Assembly: GCA_963577905.1 (NCBI GenBank)
Contig: CAUYZR010000003.1
Span: 1-41,532 of the forward strand
Direction of reading: 5' to 3'
Length of the DNA stretch: 41,532 nucleotides
Source: Candidatus Thalassarchaeaceae archaeon
Lineage (GTDB): Archaea; Thermoplasmatota; Poseidoniia; MGIII; CG-Epi1
Shown: in pieces, positions 1 through 9,006 of the stretch
Position numbering within the stretch: position 1 is the stretch's first letter
Layout: every line of letters begins with the position of its first letter
Translations under genes and position numbers: made by a program
The notes under the pieces: generated by a model
What the model was told of the DNA's origin: nothing
Databases searched by the model: none
What the model saw: only the letters and a program-made list of their open reading frames with translations

Positions 1-3
1 CCA

Positions 4-417
4 TTAAAATTTTGCCCCCAATACTTTTGACACTTCACCTAGAGTCACATACTTCGAGTAATTGTTCATTTTTGCTCCATCGACCATTTCGATTTTTCCA
101 TCTCCTACAGATGCAGGCTTACCAACATCTACTTTCAACCTTTTGAAAGCCTCTCTTCCTCTCGGTTTCTGGTAGGGTATCATTCCTCTGACAGCCCTTT
201 TCAGCATCATATGGGGCATCCTTGGGTAATAGGGCCCTTTTCTCGGATGATTCAGCTTTCTTTTTCCGATGTACTCTCCAAAGACCATCTCTTTCGTACC
301 TGAAAATACAGCCATTTCAGCATTGATTACATGGATCTGATCACCATTCAATAGTCCTTTAGCCACAGAACTTGCTAATCGGCCCACTATACAACCACTA
401 GCGTCTATAACTCTCAT
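4..417 (-). CDS. rpl13: 50S ribosomal protein L13 (archaeal type)
   Basis: VIDASGCIVGRLASSVAK, INAEMAVFSG and GPYYPRMPHMMLKRAVRGMIP are archaeal uL13 motifs; start overlaps the rpl18e stop (TGATG). Confidence 0.96.
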   Translation of the reverse strand: MRVIDASGCIVGRLASSVAKGLLNGDQIHVINAEMAVFSGTKEMVFGEYIGKRKLNHPRKGPYYPRMPHMMLKRAVRGMIPYQKPRGREAFKRLKVDVGKPASVGDGKIEMVDGAKMNNYSKYVTLGEVSKVLGAKF

Positions 418-788
418 CAGCCAATCACCATTACGTTTGTTCCCTTTGGATTTGATTTTATAAAATCATTGTATGATAAACATTTTCCACCTGCAGCTTC
501 TATTTTATCTACTGCCGATTGACTGAAACTATAGGCTGTAACCGTTATTTTCTTTGTTATTGTACCAGCTCCTAATAATTTTCCAGGGACAACTATTTTA
601 GAATTCTTATCTGCATTGTATTCAAGTTTACTTATGTTAACCGAGGGCCAATTCTGGGAAGGTCCTTCTAACCTAACTGCTACACTTCTCCAGAGGGGTG
701 CTTCGTTTTTTCGAGCTGCATCCTTGAGATTAGTAATAGCTTTTACTAACTCAGAATTGCTCTTTCGGTTAATTTGTTTCAGCGACAT
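417..788 (-). CDS. rpl18e: 50S ribosomal protein L18e
   Basis: From MSLKQINRKSN (ATG at 788): APLWRSVA, VNISKL, IVVPGKLLGAG, AYSFSQSAVDKIEAAGG. The ORF-track extension to 896 overlaps purN and is probably untranslated. Confidence 0.93.
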   Translation of the reverse strand: MSLKQINRKSNSELVKAITNLKDAARKNEAPLWRSVAVRLEGPSQNWPSVNISKLEYNADKNSKIVVPGKLLGAGTITKKITVTAYSFSQSAVDKIEAAGGKCLSYNDFIKSNPKGTNVMVIG

Positions 789-830
789 CGCTAGGGGTAA
801 TCCACTTAGGTTGGCGGCCAGTCTGTGCCG

Positions 831-839
831 TATATAAAG
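831..839 (-). promoter_or_regulatory. Candidate TATA box for rpl18e-rpl13
   Basis: CTTTATATA on the minus strand, about 45 nt upstream of the rpl18e ATG and just after the purN stop. Confidence 0.5.
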
Positions 840-841
840 TA

Positions 842-1447
842 TTAGTCGGACTTTATTTTGATATGTCGTCCATTTATAGCTATTTTCCCAGAACATAATA
901 ATTGCAATGCTTTGGGCAGTATCTGATGTTCATACTCCAAAATCTTATCAGCCAGGCTTTTCTCAGTTTCCCCATCAGATAAAGTTACGGAAGCTTGCAT
1001 TATTATGGGTCCTGAATCAATCCCTTCATCAACTAGGTGAGCTGTGCAACCACTTACCTTGACTCCGTATTTTATTGCATCTCTGTGTGCATGAGCTCCT
1101 GGAAAAGAAGGCAATAAAGAGGGATGGATGTTCAGAATCCGATTTCTGTAAGTATCGATAAATTCAGGTGTGAGGATTCTCATAAAACCTGCTAATACAA
1201 CTATTTCGATATTCAGTTCTTTGAATAATTTTAGGACACTTTGGTCAAATTCTCTTCTAGTCTTATCATGGGATGTGATTACCGTATAGTCTATTTCGTG
1301 TTTTTTTGCTCTTTCGATGGCATAGGCGTCCATCTTGTTTACAATCAGATGAACAAGATCTGCATCAGGTATCTTACCTCTCTCAGTAGCATCAATAATC
1401 GTTTGGAAGTTGCTTCCTCTTCCGGAAGCCATTACACCTACCCTCAT
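842..1447 (-). CDS. purN: Phosphoribosylglycinamide formyltransferase
   Basis: ASGRGSNFQ, LAGFMRIL, NIHPSLLPSFPG and GCTAHLVDEGIDSGPII are PurN signatures. Confidence 0.97.
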   Translation of the reverse strand: MRVGVMASGRGSNFQTIIDATERGKIPDADLVHLIVNKMDAYAIERAKKHEIDYTVITSHDKTRREFDQSVLKLFKELNIEIVVLAGFMRILTPEFIDTYRNRILNIHPSLLPSFPGAHAHRDAIKYGVKVSGCTAHLVDEGIDSGPIIMQASVTLSDGETEKSLADKILEYEHQILPKALQLLCSGKIAINGRHIKIKSD

Positions 1448-1471
1448 AATCTACTATGAAGGCTGTTCTCT

Positions 1472-2113
1472 TTAATTATTGCTTTTGGAATACTTTAGTA
1501 AGATTCCATCACCTAATATCTGGGCCTCATCTAATTTTAGTTTTAGGAGGTCATCTAACTTTAGAGTGCCATCCCCTCCTGCAATGGTGGGAGTCATTTT
1601 CCCACCTATGATCATACTTGAAATAAATATATTGAATTCATCGAATAGTCCATTTTTTAGGAAAGACCACATGACGGTCTCACCTCCTTCTACCAATACA
1701 GATTTCACTCCTTTATTGCTAAGTTTTTTCAGTAATCTTGTGAGATCTACCTCGTCGGTTCCACATTTTATTATTTCTGTATTTGGGATAGAAGCCGGTT
1801 CTGTTCCTTCACCTATGGCAAGAATGGTTTTACTTTTACCATCAAGTATACTAGCATTTCTTGGAGTCCTACATTTAGTGTCCAGCACTATCCTTATTGG
1901 ATTCTTGCCGGAATTATATTTTGGATCAACAGTTAGTGAGGGGTTGTCTTCAAGGATGGTTCCTATCCCCACTAATATGGCGTCATATTTACTTCTAAGA
2001 AGATGTACCCTTTCAAAATCTTCATTATTTGACAGTTCCAGTCGTTGTCTATTTGAAAGCGCTATCTTGCCATCAGCTGAGGCAGCACAATTGAGTATTA
2101 CTTTTGGTCTCAC
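1472..2113 (-). CDS. arfC: 2,5-diamino-6-(ribosylamino)-4(3H)-pyrimidinone 5'-phosphate reductase (stand-alone RibD C-terminal/ArfC-Rib7 type)
   Basis: RPKVILNCAASADGKI, DAILVGIGTILEDNPSLT, VLVEGGETV, IIGGKMTPT; no deaminase domain; GTG start about 25 nt from a TATA-like CTTATATT. Confidence 0.88.
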   Translation of the reverse strand: MRPKVILNCAASADGKIALSNRQRLELSNNEDFERVHLLRSKYDAILVGIGTILEDNPSLTVDPKYNSGKNPIRIVLDTKCRTPRNASILDGKSKTILAIGEGTEPASIPNTEIIKCGTDEVDLTRLLKKLSNKGVKSVLVEGGETVMWSFLKNGLFDEFNIFISSMIIGGKMTPTIAGGDGTLKLDDLLKLKLDEAQILGDGILLKYSKSNN

Positions 2114-2170
2114 GTTTTTCTATCGGCGGACTGTTAAAATATAAGGGGTATATACTCAAAACTGAGTATC

Positions 2171-2980
2171 TTAGTATTGTTCTTCTTCATTGGGGAAATT
2201 TCCGGTCTTTACATCTTTCACATAGCTTTCTACAGCACCATTAATATCCTTGTACAAATTAAGATACCTTCGCAAGAACCTTGGATTAAATTCATGAGTC
2301 ATACCCAGCATATCATGTAAGACTAGTACCTGCCCATCAACATCGGGGCCTGCTCCAATTCCTATGATTGGGATTTTTACAGCCTTGGCTACTTTTTTAG
2401 CTAATGTAGCTGGAATTTTTTCTAATACAATAGAGAAAGATCCTGTCTTCTCCAGAAGTCTTGCATCCTCTACTAGTTTTTTTGCTTCAGCTTTTTCCTT
2501 GGCTCTAACAGTATAAGTTCCAAATTTATAAATTGACTGAGGTGTTAGACCCAGATGTCCCATAACCGGAATTCCTGCTGTCAGAATTCTTTCTATGGAT
2601 TCAATTATTTCAGACCCTCCTTCTAATTTAACGGCATGTGCCCCTGATTCTTTCATTATTCGTATTGATGATTCTAAAGCTCTTTGGGAATCTCCCTGAT
2701 AGGATCCGAAAGGAAGATCAACGACAACTAGTGATCTTTTTACAGCTCTTACAACAGAAGATGCATGATAGATCATATTGTCTAAAGTAATTGGCAGTGT
2801 TGTTTCATGGCCAGCTACTACATTAGATGCGGAGTCTCCAACCAGGATTACATCAATCCCAGCATCATCCACAATTTTAGTTAGGGTGTAGTCATATGAA
2901 GTAAGCATTGAAATCTTTTCATTACGTGTTTTCATTTCTTGCAATACATTGGTTGTGATTCTCTTGTATTCCTGATTCAT
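2171..2980 (-). CDS. panB: 3-methyl-2-oxobutanoate hydroxymethyltransferase
   Basis: [55 protein letters not shown]. Confidence 0.97.
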   Translation of the reverse strand: MNQEYKRITTNVLQEMKTRNEKISMLTSYDYTLTKIVDDAGIDVILVGDSASNVVAGHETTLPITLDNMIYHASSVVRAVKRSLVVVDLPFGSYQGDSQRALESSIRIMKESGAHAVKLEGGSEIIESIERILTAGIPVMGHLGLTPQSIYKFGTYTVRAKEKAEAKKLVEDARLLEKTGSFSIVLEKIPATLAKKVAKAVKIPIIGIGAGPDVDGQVLVLHDMLGMTHEFNPRFLRRYLNLYKDINGAVESYVKDVKTGNFPNEEEQY

Positions 2981-3071
2981 AAGCTTACCTTTTGAGGTGT
3001 CTATATCAGGATGGGACTAGTTATTATTTAGCATTTTATTTCCAGTCCTATTTGGTCATGAGACCTAACTC

Positions 3072-3079
3072 TTTTAATA
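3072..3079 (+). promoter_or_regulatory. Candidate TATA box of the nuo operon (leaderless nuoA)
   Basis: TTTTAATA 22-29 nt before the nuoA GTG, with no SD motif in between. Confidence 0.5.
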
Positions 3080-3100
3080 GGGATTGACAACAGGGTATCC

Positions 3101-3460
3101 GTGCTGGGACACGAGTATATTCCTATAGGGATTTTTGCGCTTATTGCGCTTTTATTTCCTGTAATGACCTTCTTCATCGGAAGGTTCTTCCGACCCAATA
3201 ATGATAATGCTCTAAAAAATTCGACATATGAGTGCGGTGAGGTTCCCAGAGGTGAGGCTCACATCCAGTTTCATTTTCAGTACTACATGTTCGCTATACT
3301 CTTTGTCATCTTTGATCTGGTAGTGGTTTTCTTAATCCTGTGGGTTCAAGTATATCTTGTTCTTGAGGTATCTGCTAAAGTTGTAATGTTGCTATTTCTC
3401 ATGTTAACCTTACTAGGTTTGTGGTACGCATTTAGGAAAGAGGATGTAATCTGGATATGA
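3101..3460 (+). CDS. nuoA: Complex I-like oxidoreductase subunit A
   Basis: KNSTYECGE, FQYYMFAILFVIFD; three hydrophobic segments. Confidence 0.95.
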   Translation: MLGHEYIPIGIFALIALLFPVMTFFIGRFFRPNNDNALKNSTYECGEVPRGEAHIQFHFQYYMFAILFVIFDLVVVFLILWVQVYLVLEVSAKVVMLLFLMLTLLGLWYAFRKEDVIWI

Positions 3461-4098
3461 GTTCTAAGAGAGTACGTGGTAATCCTAGCCTTAGAAGAGG
3501 TGTGGGATCGCAAACAACTAATTCGGACAAAATAATGGAAGATCCTCCTGCAGGAGATTGGCTTACTCTTCGTTCAGATCAATTGTTAGAATGGATAGAT
3601 AATGCAGTTTACAATGTTGCTGAAACCACAGGAATGCGCGAAGTGGTAAATAGAGTAACTAGACCAATCTTCAATTATGGGCAGAGATTCTCTCCACACC
3701 CCCTTCATTTTGGCATAATGTGTTGTGCTATTGAGATGGGTCAGGCCTCTGCACCAGACCATGATATAGACAGGCTTGGCGTAGTTTATCGTTCTTCTCC
3801 AAGGCAGTGCGATGTGCTAATTGTCAATGGACCGGTTTGTGAAAAACTGCGTCCTAAATTGAAGACACTTTATGAGCAAATGCCAGAACCCAAATGGGTT
3901 ATTGCGATGGGTGAATGTGCAATATCTGGAGGCCCCTACTGGGATTCTTACTCAGTTGTGGCGGGTGCAGATACATTCATGCCTGTTGATGTATATATTC
4001 CAGGATGCCCGGTTAGACCTGAAGCTTTGATGCATGGTTTTCTGACTTTGCAAAAGAAGATTAGAGAAAAGGAACCAGGCATGTTCTTGAGACGTTAA
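3457..4098 (+). CDS. nuoB: Complex I subunit B (N2 cluster)
   Basis: GIMCCAIEM, SPRQCD, YEQMPEPKWVIAMGECAISGG, VDVYIPGCP. Confidence 0.97.
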   Translation: MSSKRVRGNPSLRRGVGSQTTNSDKIMEDPPAGDWLTLRSDQLLEWIDNAVYNVAETTGMREVVNRVTRPIFNYGQRFSPHPLHFGIMCCAIEMGQASAPDHDIDRLGVVYRSSPRQCDVLIVNGPVCEKLRPKLKTLYEQMPEPKWVIAMGECAISGGPYWDSYSVVAGADTFMPVDVYIPGCPVRPEALMHGFLTLQKKIREKEPGMFLRR

Positions 4099-4100
4099 GT

Positions 4101-4580
4101 ATGGAAATCAAGGAGTTAATGCAAGAGGTGTCAGCCTTCGAGGGAGTTAGCAACGCTTCGATGATTAGGGATAATGTTGTTAAATTGGATATTGATAAGA
4201 ATTCTTCCAAAGAGTTCTTTACCAAACTGAGGGATGTTTTTGGTTTTGAACACTGTTCATTGATAACTGCAATAGATAATCAGCCAGAATTTGAATTGGT
4301 TTATCATTTTACATCTGTGAACAAGTCAGTTACTGTTGGATCAACAGACATGTCTGTGATGGTAGAGGTACATATATTTCTTGAACGTGATACCCCTACC
4401 ATAGAATCAATATCAGATTTGTGGGGAGGTGCCAATTGGCATGAAAGAGAAGCTTTTGATATGATGGGAATCTACTTTATTGGCCATCCGGATTTGCGCC
4501 GTGTATTGCTACCAGAAGGTTTTGCGGGCCATCCGTTGAGGAAGGATTACGTGTATGAGATACACGAGGAGGTGTGGTAA
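4101..4580 (+). CDS. nuoC: Complex I subunit C
   Basis: ANWHEREAFDMMGIYFIGHPDLRRVLLPEGFAGHPLRKDY. Confidence 0.96.
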   Translation: MEIKELMQEVSAFEGVSNASMIRDNVVKLDIDKNSSKEFFTKLRDVFGFEHCSLITAIDNQPEFELVYHFTSVNKSVTVGSTDMSVMVEVHIFLERDTPTIESISDLWGGANWHEREAFDMMGIYFIGHPDLRRVLLPEGFAGHPLRKDYVYEIHEEVW

Positions 4581-5674
4581 TGGCTGAGATGTGGATTAGT
4601 ATGGGCCCGCAACATCCAATGACCCATGGTCTCTGGACATTGAAGGTCAAGGTTGATGGTGAAACAATAACAGATGCCGATCCTGAATTGGGCTATCTCC
4701 ACCGTTCAGTTGAGAAAATGGGGGAACGTCGCAAATATTTTATGAATACTACTTTGACGGATCGCCTTTGTTATGCTAGTTCTACTACTTGGACACACAG
4801 CTATGTTCTTACTGTCGAAGAATTGATGAATGTTGAAGTACCTGAGAGAGCAAAATACATACGTACGATTATGCTAGAACTTCAGAGATTAGCTTCTCAT
4901 TTAATGTGGGCAGGAGCCTATATGCCCGATTTAGGCCACATCACTGGAGCGCTTTATTTCTGGAGAGATCGTGAATTGTTTCTGAACCTTCTGGAAATTC
5001 CAAGTGGAAGTCGCCTTCTTTACAATTATATTCGAATTGGTGGGGTGAAAAGAGATTTGCCAGATGGTTTTGTTGAAAAAACGGAGAGGGTCTTCAAACT
5101 CTTTGAAAAACGACTAGATGAATATGCCGATCTTTTTGAAAATTCTAAGATTTTTCGCATGCGCACTGAAGATGTTGGTAATTTCACTGCAGCACAGGCC
5201 CAGAATCTTGGGATAACTGGTCCCAATATGAGAGGATGTGGGACCAAATTTGATTTGAGAAGAAATGACCCCTATGAGATTTATGAGGAAATTGACTGGG
5301 ATATTCAAACAAGGGAGGCTGGTCCAGGCTATAGTGATTGTTTTAGCCGATATATGGTTCGTATAGATGAGATGAAGGAATCAATTCGAATCATTCGGGA
5401 TTGTTTCAAGAAGATGCCCAAGGGACCGATTTTGGCCTCAACTATTCCTGTTCGGGCACAAGGGGAAGCTTTCCGTAGAACGGAGGATTCTAGAGGGGAG
5501 GCTCTCATGTATGTGGTTGGAGACGGAACAGATCGTCCTTACCGGTGGAAAATCAAAAGTCCGATGTTCACCACAATTTCAGCTTGCCCTCACTATCTCA
5601 AAGGGTACAAGCTTGCAGATATTCCAGCAATCATGGGTAGTATTGATATTTGTATAGGAGAGACTGACAAATGA
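4580..5674 (+). CDS. nuoD: Complex I subunit D
   Basis: MGPQHPMTHG, GYLHRSVEK, DRLCY, ELQRLASHL; ATG at 4580 overlaps the nuoC stop and follows SD GAGGAGGTG. Confidence 0.97.
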   Translation: MAEMWISMGPQHPMTHGLWTLKVKVDGETITDADPELGYLHRSVEKMGERRKYFMNTTLTDRLCYASSTTWTHSYVLTVEELMNVEVPERAKYIRTIMLELQRLASHLMWAGAYMPDLGHITGALYFWRDRELFLNLLEIPSGSRLLYNYIRIGGVKRDLPDGFVEKTERVFKLFEKRLDEYADLFENSKIFRMRTEDVGNFTAAQAQNLGITGPNMRGCGTKFDLRRNDPYEIYEEIDWDIQTREAGPGYSDCFSRYMVRIDEMKESIRIIRDCFKKMPKGPILASTIPVRAQGEAFRRTEDSRGEALMYVVGDGTDRPYRWKIKSPMFTTISACPHYLKGYKLADIPAIMGSIDICIGETDK

Positions 5675-6900
5675 CCTTATTCGATGCGTGTAGAATTATG
5701 GCAGAATGGACTGTGAAGCTTCTCATACCCATTTTTGAGTTTCAAGAGGGTCTCTTTCCTCCTTTCAGTAATCCCGCAGGTTGGGTCGCAGATTGGTTAG
5801 CAACTGATGGAGGACTGGATACAATGGCATGGTTTTATGCTGTGAACATCGCTTTTATGATAGGAATGACCAATCTGATTTTGGTTATCCATCTAGAAAG
5901 AAAAGTTGCAGCTAGAATTCAAGATCGTAGGGGCCCAATGCTATCTTTTAGATCTCTTCGTGAGTTAGGCGAGGACTTATCGGGTCAGGCACCTTCCTGG
6001 AAATTTAAGAAGAATTATAGTGGTATAGGGATTTTACAGAATCTAGCTGATGGAATCAAGGCCATCACCAAGGAATTAATTGTTCCGGCCAAGGCAGATA
6101 AATTTCTATTCACCATGGGTCCTATCATATTCATATCTTCATCTGTGTTTTTATTGGCTCTATTTCCCCTGTCAGACAGATTCGCGGCCTCTTCGGCACC
6201 GGCTGGCTTGATGGTAATTATGGCCGCTTTTTCCATAGCACCAATAGGGGTTTTGACCTCAGGTTGGGCTTCCAATAATAAATATTCTATGATTGGAGGC
6301 ATGCGTTCTGCAGCTCAGTTAATGTCGTATGAGATTCCTTTGCTTTTGAGCATGGCGGGTGTGTTTCTGTTAGCAGGGTCCTTTGATCCGGTTGTAATTG
6401 TGGAACAACAACAGGCTTCTACTTGGTTTTTTGGTTTACCAATGTGGAATTTTATTCCCCAAATCATTGGTTTTGCTGTTTTCATGATTTGTATCTTAGC
6501 TGAAGTTGAGCGTGTTCCATTTGATTTGCCGGAAGCCGAAGCTGAATTGGTTGAAGGCTGGACAACAGAGTATAGTGGAATTCGATATATGTTGTTCATA
6601 GCCGCAGAATATATCAGAGGATTTGCAGGTGCCGCGGTTGCGACTATCTTATTTTTAGGTGGCTGGGCAGGTCCTTGGCCAGTACCTCCCGAAATCTGGT
6701 TTTTGCTTAAGGTATATCTAATTATTTTATTTTGGATTTTTATTCGCTGGTCAGTGCCCCGTATAAGAACCGATCAAATTCTTGTTCTGGGCTGGAAAAA
6801 GTTATTACCTTTATCTCTGATAAATATCCTTATTGTTATATTTATGGTTGAAATTTACCCCTATTTTACGGAGATAGTTAATCTTCCGGAGGTATTCTAA
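5671..6900 (+). CDS. nuoH: Complex I subunit H
   Basis: ERKVAARIQDRRGP, LADGIKAITKE, SNNKYSMIGGMRSAAQLMSYE, ERVPFDLPEAEAELVEG, PRIRTDQ. Confidence 0.97.
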   Translation: MTLFDACRIMAEWTVKLLIPIFEFQEGLFPPFSNPAGWVADWLATDGGLDTMAWFYAVNIAFMIGMTNLILVIHLERKVAARIQDRRGPMLSFRSLRELGEDLSGQAPSWKFKKNYSGIGILQNLADGIKAITKELIVPAKADKFLFTMGPIIFISSSVFLLALFPLSDRFAASSAPAGLMVIMAAFSIAPIGVLTSGWASNNKYSMIGGMRSAAQLMSYEIPLLLSMAGVFLLAGSFDPVVIVEQQQASTWFFGLPMWNFIPQIIGFAVFMICILAEVERVPFDLPEAEAELVEGWTTEYSGIRYMLFIAAEYIRGFAGAAVATILFLGGWAGPWPVPPEIWFLLKVYLIILFWIFIRWSVPRIRTDQILVLGWKKLLPLSLINILIVIFMVEIYPYFTEIVNLPEVF

Positions 6901-7676
6901 TGAGTGAAAAAAGGGAACTAGGACTTATGGATATTTTCGTTAATCCAATGAAAGTAACGGTGAAGCAATTTTTCAAATCAACATTTGGAAAACCAACCAC
7001 AGTAATGTATCCTTTGGAGAGAAGGGACCCCCCTCCAACCTACAGAGGAATGAACGCCGTGATTTGGGATCTTTGCATTGGGTGTGGGATTTGTGGCGAA
7101 GTCTGCCCTAACAAATGTTTGAAAATGAAGCCTGTTGAATTATCGGACGAGGAGCAAGATAGGGCGTGGTATGGTTCACATCTGGCCAAACGAAAAAATA
7201 AGCCCGAAAGGCCTGCAATAAATTTCGGCCACTGTATGTTTTGTGGGTTCTGTGAAGATTATTGTCCAACCGGTGCTATGACTATGACTGATTTTTATGA
7301 AATGGCCGACACAAGCCGTGAGGGATTAATCTATCCGGCCCGTACAATGAAAGTTGACCTTGAAGATCTTCCTCAACTTCCCCTTACTAATTATATGATG
7401 GAATCTCCAGTACTGGATATTGACCCTTGTATTGGCTGTAGCAAATGTGTGGACAATTGTCCTACCAATTGTATTATCATGGATGTAGGACCTCATGACA
7501 AGACACTTAAGAGCGGCAAGGTCCGGAACGTGGAAAATCCATATTTTGACTATACCCTCTGCATTGGCTGTTCAGTCTGTGTCAAGGTATGTCCAGCAGA
7601 TTGTCTACATATGGAACCAACAAGCAACTCAAGTTTGAGTGGACTGACTACCGAGGAATCACCAACCGAGGCCTGA
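6900..7676 (+). CDS. nuoI: Complex I subunit I with an extra 2x[4Fe-4S] ferredoxin domain
   Basis: TVMYP then four CxxCxxCxxxCP motifs: CIGCGICGEVCP, CMFCGFCEDYCP, CIGCSKCVDNCP, CIGCSVCVKVCP. Confidence 0.93.
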   Translation: MSEKRELGLMDIFVNPMKVTVKQFFKSTFGKPTTVMYPLERRDPPPTYRGMNAVIWDLCIGCGICGEVCPNKCLKMKPVELSDEEQDRAWYGSHLAKRKNKPERPAINFGHCMFCGFCEDYCPTGAMTMTDFYEMADTSREGLIYPARTMKVDLEDLPQLPLTNYMMESPVLDIDPCIGCSKCVDNCPTNCIIMDVGPHDKTLKSGKVRNVENPYFDYTLCIGCSVCVKVCPADCLHMEPTSNSSLSGLTTEESPTEA

Positions 7677-7680
7677 TAGT

Positions 7681-7944
7681 TTGGATTTAGCGGTTCTCGT
7701 TTTCTGGGGTCTGGCGAGCTTAATCCTAGCTTCGGCCTGGGCCGTTGTAAATGGGAATGATATTGTTCATTCAGTGGTCTGGTTGGCAACCGTTTTCTTG
7801 TTGACAGCATGCCTGTTCATATTGGCAGACGCTGAATTTTTGGCAGTTATCCAGGTCTTAGTCTACGTAGGCGCTATTTCCGTGGTCATAATATTTGGGA
7901 TCATGCTCACTAAGAGAACTCTAAAAGGTGGTGAAGATGTATAG
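7681..7944 (+). CDS. nuoJ: Complex I subunit J, N-terminal half (split NuoJ)
   Basis: IVHSVVWL, ADAEFLAVIQVLVYVGAISVVIIFGIML; TTG start. Confidence 0.92.
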   Translation: MDLAVLVFWGLASLILASAWAVVNGNDIVHSVVWLATVFLLTACLFILADAEFLAVIQVLVYVGAISVVIIFGIMLTKRTLKGGEDV

Positions 7945-8710
7945 TCGGAGTGTTGTCTGGGTGAGGGATGCCTTAGTGATTACCTTATCGATTTATGTTG
8001 TTTTCTCAATTGCCATGGCTCCTTGGAATAATCTGAATTCTAAGGAAACCTTGTCTACGACCTGTGAAACAGGCTGTGCTCCTGTGATAAATTACCCAGA
8101 TGATGGTTATTATCATTACAAGGATTCAATTGTATTTGAATGGAATCCGGTCTCGGTTGGATATCGATTTACGGTTCTAAATAGTACGGGACATGTTTTT
8201 CATGATGAAAATCTTACTGCCATTACAACTTCTACCACTAACCGATTACCAGCTGGTGATTATACTTCATTCGTTTATTACAAGGGTATCGTCGGTTCTT
8301 TACTGGGTGAGGATCAATTCCTTCTTCGTAATGAAGAACATTCTCTGGATTCTTCCTCGAAAATTACTCTGGTTTGGGCCCCAGTTGAGATTACTTACGG
8401 AATTGAAATTCGAGAGCATAAAGTAACAGAGATCCAGATTATTCATCAAGCAGATGGCTTGACTCAGACATCATATGAGTTCCAAGATTTTGATAATGGT
8501 AAAACCTACTCTTGGTCTGTCTATGCCGTTGATTCCATGGGTTTTGTCTCGGAATCGTCAAATGCAAGGGAATTGAATATAGATACAACTAAATTTTTGG
8601 CTTATGAACTGTTCAATAATTGGGAGGTTCCTTTCATCCTCTTAGGAATCCTGATGGTTGTTGCGTTACAGGCAGGTGTTTTTCTGGCTAGGGAGGAAAC
8701 TAATGATTGA
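7937..8710 (+). CDS. Complex I subunit J, C-terminal half, with a large extracytoplasmic FN3-like insertion
   Basis: Lies between nuoJ1 and nuoK. N-terminal TM, about 190 aa of beta-rich sequence, then LAYELFNNWEVPFILLGILMVVALQAGVFLAREE, which resembles the NuoJ last helix. ATG 7937 follows GGTGGTGA. Confidence 0.75.
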   Translation: MYSRSVVWVRDALVITLSIYVVFSIAMAPWNNLNSKETLSTTCETGCAPVINYPDDGYYHYKDSIVFEWNPVSVGYRFTVLNSTGHVFHDENLTAITTSTTNRLPAGDYTSFVYYKGIVGSLLGEDQFLLRNEEHSLDSSSKITLVWAPVEITYGIEIREHKVTEIQIIHQADGLTQTSYEFQDFDNGKTYSWSVYAVDSMGFVSESSNARELNIDTTKFLAYELFNNWEVPFILLGILMVVALQAGVFLAREETND

Positions 8711-9005
8711 TCCAATTCATTTTGTGGTATTCTCTTCTATTCTAATGTTGATCGGGGCTTATGGTGTAATTCGTAACAAGAATGCAATAGTGGTCCTTAT
8801 GTCTATTGAAATAATGTTGACTGCAGCAAACATCAATTTTGTTGCATTCTCTAGTTATTATCATGATCTAACTGGTCAGGTAGCAGTACTATTTGTCACA
8901 ACCATAGCTGCGGCAGAAGTGGCAATAGGTCTGGCAATACTATTGAGCCTCTTCAAACAGAGAGACACCATAGAACTTGATTTGTTGAACACGTTGAGGT
9001 GGTAG
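8703..9005 (+). CDS. nuoK: Complex I subunit K
   Basis: From MIDPIHF (ATG 8703 after GGAGG): VLMSIEIMLTAANINFVAF, GQVAVLF, AAAEVAIGLAI. Confidence 0.96.
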   Translation: MIDPIHFVVFSSILMLIGAYGVIRNKNAIVVLMSIEIMLTAANINFVAFSSYYHDLTGQVAVLFVTTIAAAEVAIGLAILLSLFKQRDTIELDLLNTLRW

Positions 9006-9006
9006 A

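Noticed and set aside
789-896. N-terminal extension of rpl18e in the ORF track
   Set aside because: It overlaps purN and spans a TATA-like box; L18e similarity starts at the Met at 788.
1479-2144. 221-aa plus-strand ORF, and similar antisense ORFs at 17207-17758, 22616-23113, 24244-24771 and 40032-40700
   Set aside because: They are shadows of well-supported genes on the other strand, Ser/Ile/Phe-rich and without motifs.
2149-2169. Short hairpin ATACTCA-AAAC-TGAGTAT after panB, and a 12-nt match (TATATACTCAAA) to the 16S leader
   Set aside because: Too short and AT-rich to distinguish from chance; no U-tract or further copies.
3457-5674. Possible group 4 NiFe hydrogenase
   Set aside because: The large subunit lacks both complete CxxC motifs, NuoB has the tandem CC of complex I, and no maturation genes are present.
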